A DNA stretch of 64,000 bases. It comes from Candidatus Flemingiibacterium sp. (GTDB lineage: Bacteria > Bacillota > Clostridia > Oscillospirales > CAG-272). Where the stretch lies: assembly GCA_045636265.1 (NCBI GenBank), contig JAZTXD010000102.1, positions 5,034-69,033 of the forward strand, read 5' to 3'. How positions within the stretch are numbered: position 1 is the first letter of the stretch; each line of letters starts with the position of its first letter. Below are positions 63,499-64,000 of this stretch, in pieces. A program made the position numbers and the translations under genes. Below the pieces are notes generated by a model. That model ran no database searches and was not told the DNA's origin. It was given only the letters and a program-made list of their open reading frames with translations.

Positions 63499-64000
63499 AT
63501 GGAGTTTTTTCTCAATGAATTTGACGAGGTTCTCTCGGTTACGCGTATCGCGAACCTTCACTATTTTGAGTTTACGCCGCAGTATCAGACTCGCGAGGAC
63601 CACCACAATTTTTCCGAGCTGATATACGTCGATAAGGGTGCGATAAGCGTGGAGTCCGAGAATTATTCAGGCGAGCTTGCCGACGGTCAGCTGCTTATTC
63701 ACCGCCCGAACGAGGTTCACTCGCTCACCTGCTCGGATAATGATGCGCCGAACGTAATTATTATCGGTTTCGAGTGCCAAAACGATGCACTGCGTCAGTT
63801 TGCCGGCAGCCCCACGACGCTCCGGACGAGTCAGAAAAAGATGCTTGCAGACCTCTTAAAAGAGGGCATGAGCGTTTATGCGCCGCCATATAATATGCCA
63901 TACGTAAAGCGAATGCATAAGCGCGAAGCGATACCGTTCGGCGCAGATCAGATACTTAAATTAAAGCTTGAAATGTTTCTGATTTTGCTTGTAAGAGGCA
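63499..64000 (+). CDS. AraC-family regulator, N-terminal cupin part (3' end outside the window)
   Basis: Hand translation from the ATG at 63499 stays open to the window end. HHNFSELIYVDKGAISVESE...LLIHRPNEVHSL is an AraC-type cupin pattern. Confidence 0.65.
   Translation, partial: MEFFLNEFDEVLSVTRIANLHYFEFTPQYQTREDHHNFSELIYVDKGAISVESENYSGELADGQLLIHRPNEVHSLTCSDNDAPNVIIIGFECQNDALRQFAGSPTTLRTSQKKMLADLLKEGMSVYAPPYNMPYVKRMHKREAIPFGADQILKLKLEMFLILLVRG

Noticed and set aside
1-64000. A search by eye for rRNA, tRNA, CRISPR arrays, integrases, transposases, phage genes and known defence-system genes.
   Set aside because: None were recognised. Every intergenic region longer than 100 bp is accounted for by promoters, terminators, leaders or the two palindromic repeats. 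tRNAscan, cmsearch and defence-system HMMs would be needed to exclude small or divergent elements.

Overview
This 64-kb chromosomal segment looks like a Clostridia-class Firmicute. That assignment is an inference from TTGACA-17-TATAAT promoters, AGGAGG ribosome-binding sites, an rnfCDGEAB operon, SpoIIID/SpoVD/SpoVE-type genes and DapL. Most of it is core housekeeping. On the plus strand, 0.2-18.8 kb carries two DUF4330-like genes, ptsH, uvrC-rsmD-coaD and a dcw cluster (mraZ-rsmH-ftsL-PBP-murE-murF-mraY-ftsW-murG-ftsQ-ftsZ) with no murD or ftsA. On the minus strand, 18.9-32 kb carries a lipoprotein hydrolase, an LtaS-like gene, a pseudouridine synthase, a PPTase, rnfCDGEAB, lrgAB, spoIIID and mscL. 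The 32-41 kb stretch holds AraC-controlled sugar isomerase and Gfo/Idh/MocA modules, a GlpA-like/FAD-oxidoreductase/DUF1667/DUF3842 cluster and an ECF S-component behind a terminator-containing leader. The 41-50.5 kb stretch holds htpG, aroC, a truncated prephenate-dehydratase/ACT-like gene, a TSCPD protein, pgm, an amidase-like gene, capA and a radical SAM gene. I saw no rRNA, tRNA, CRISPR array, prophage or recognisable defence genes. The less ordinary items are listed here.
- A two-copy family of 400-480 bp imperfect palindromes with matching CGGCGC terminal hairpins (47.4 kb and 61.6 kb). It may be a MITE/PATE-like element or a structured RNA.
- A tandem pair of about 710-aa cytoplasmic paralogs that I cannot name. 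They carry a clan GH-A-like NEP motif and each has its own promoter. They sit upstream of a frameshifted FGGY kinase.
- A visibly AT-rich islet with a DUF559 gene frameshifted in an A6 run and an orphan membrane protein.
- Low-complexity extensions on FtsW, RnfD, MscL and FtsL.
- An M23 peptidase lacking one Zn-ligand His.
- Two structured leaders.

All functional calls rest on motif recognition by eye. No searches were run.
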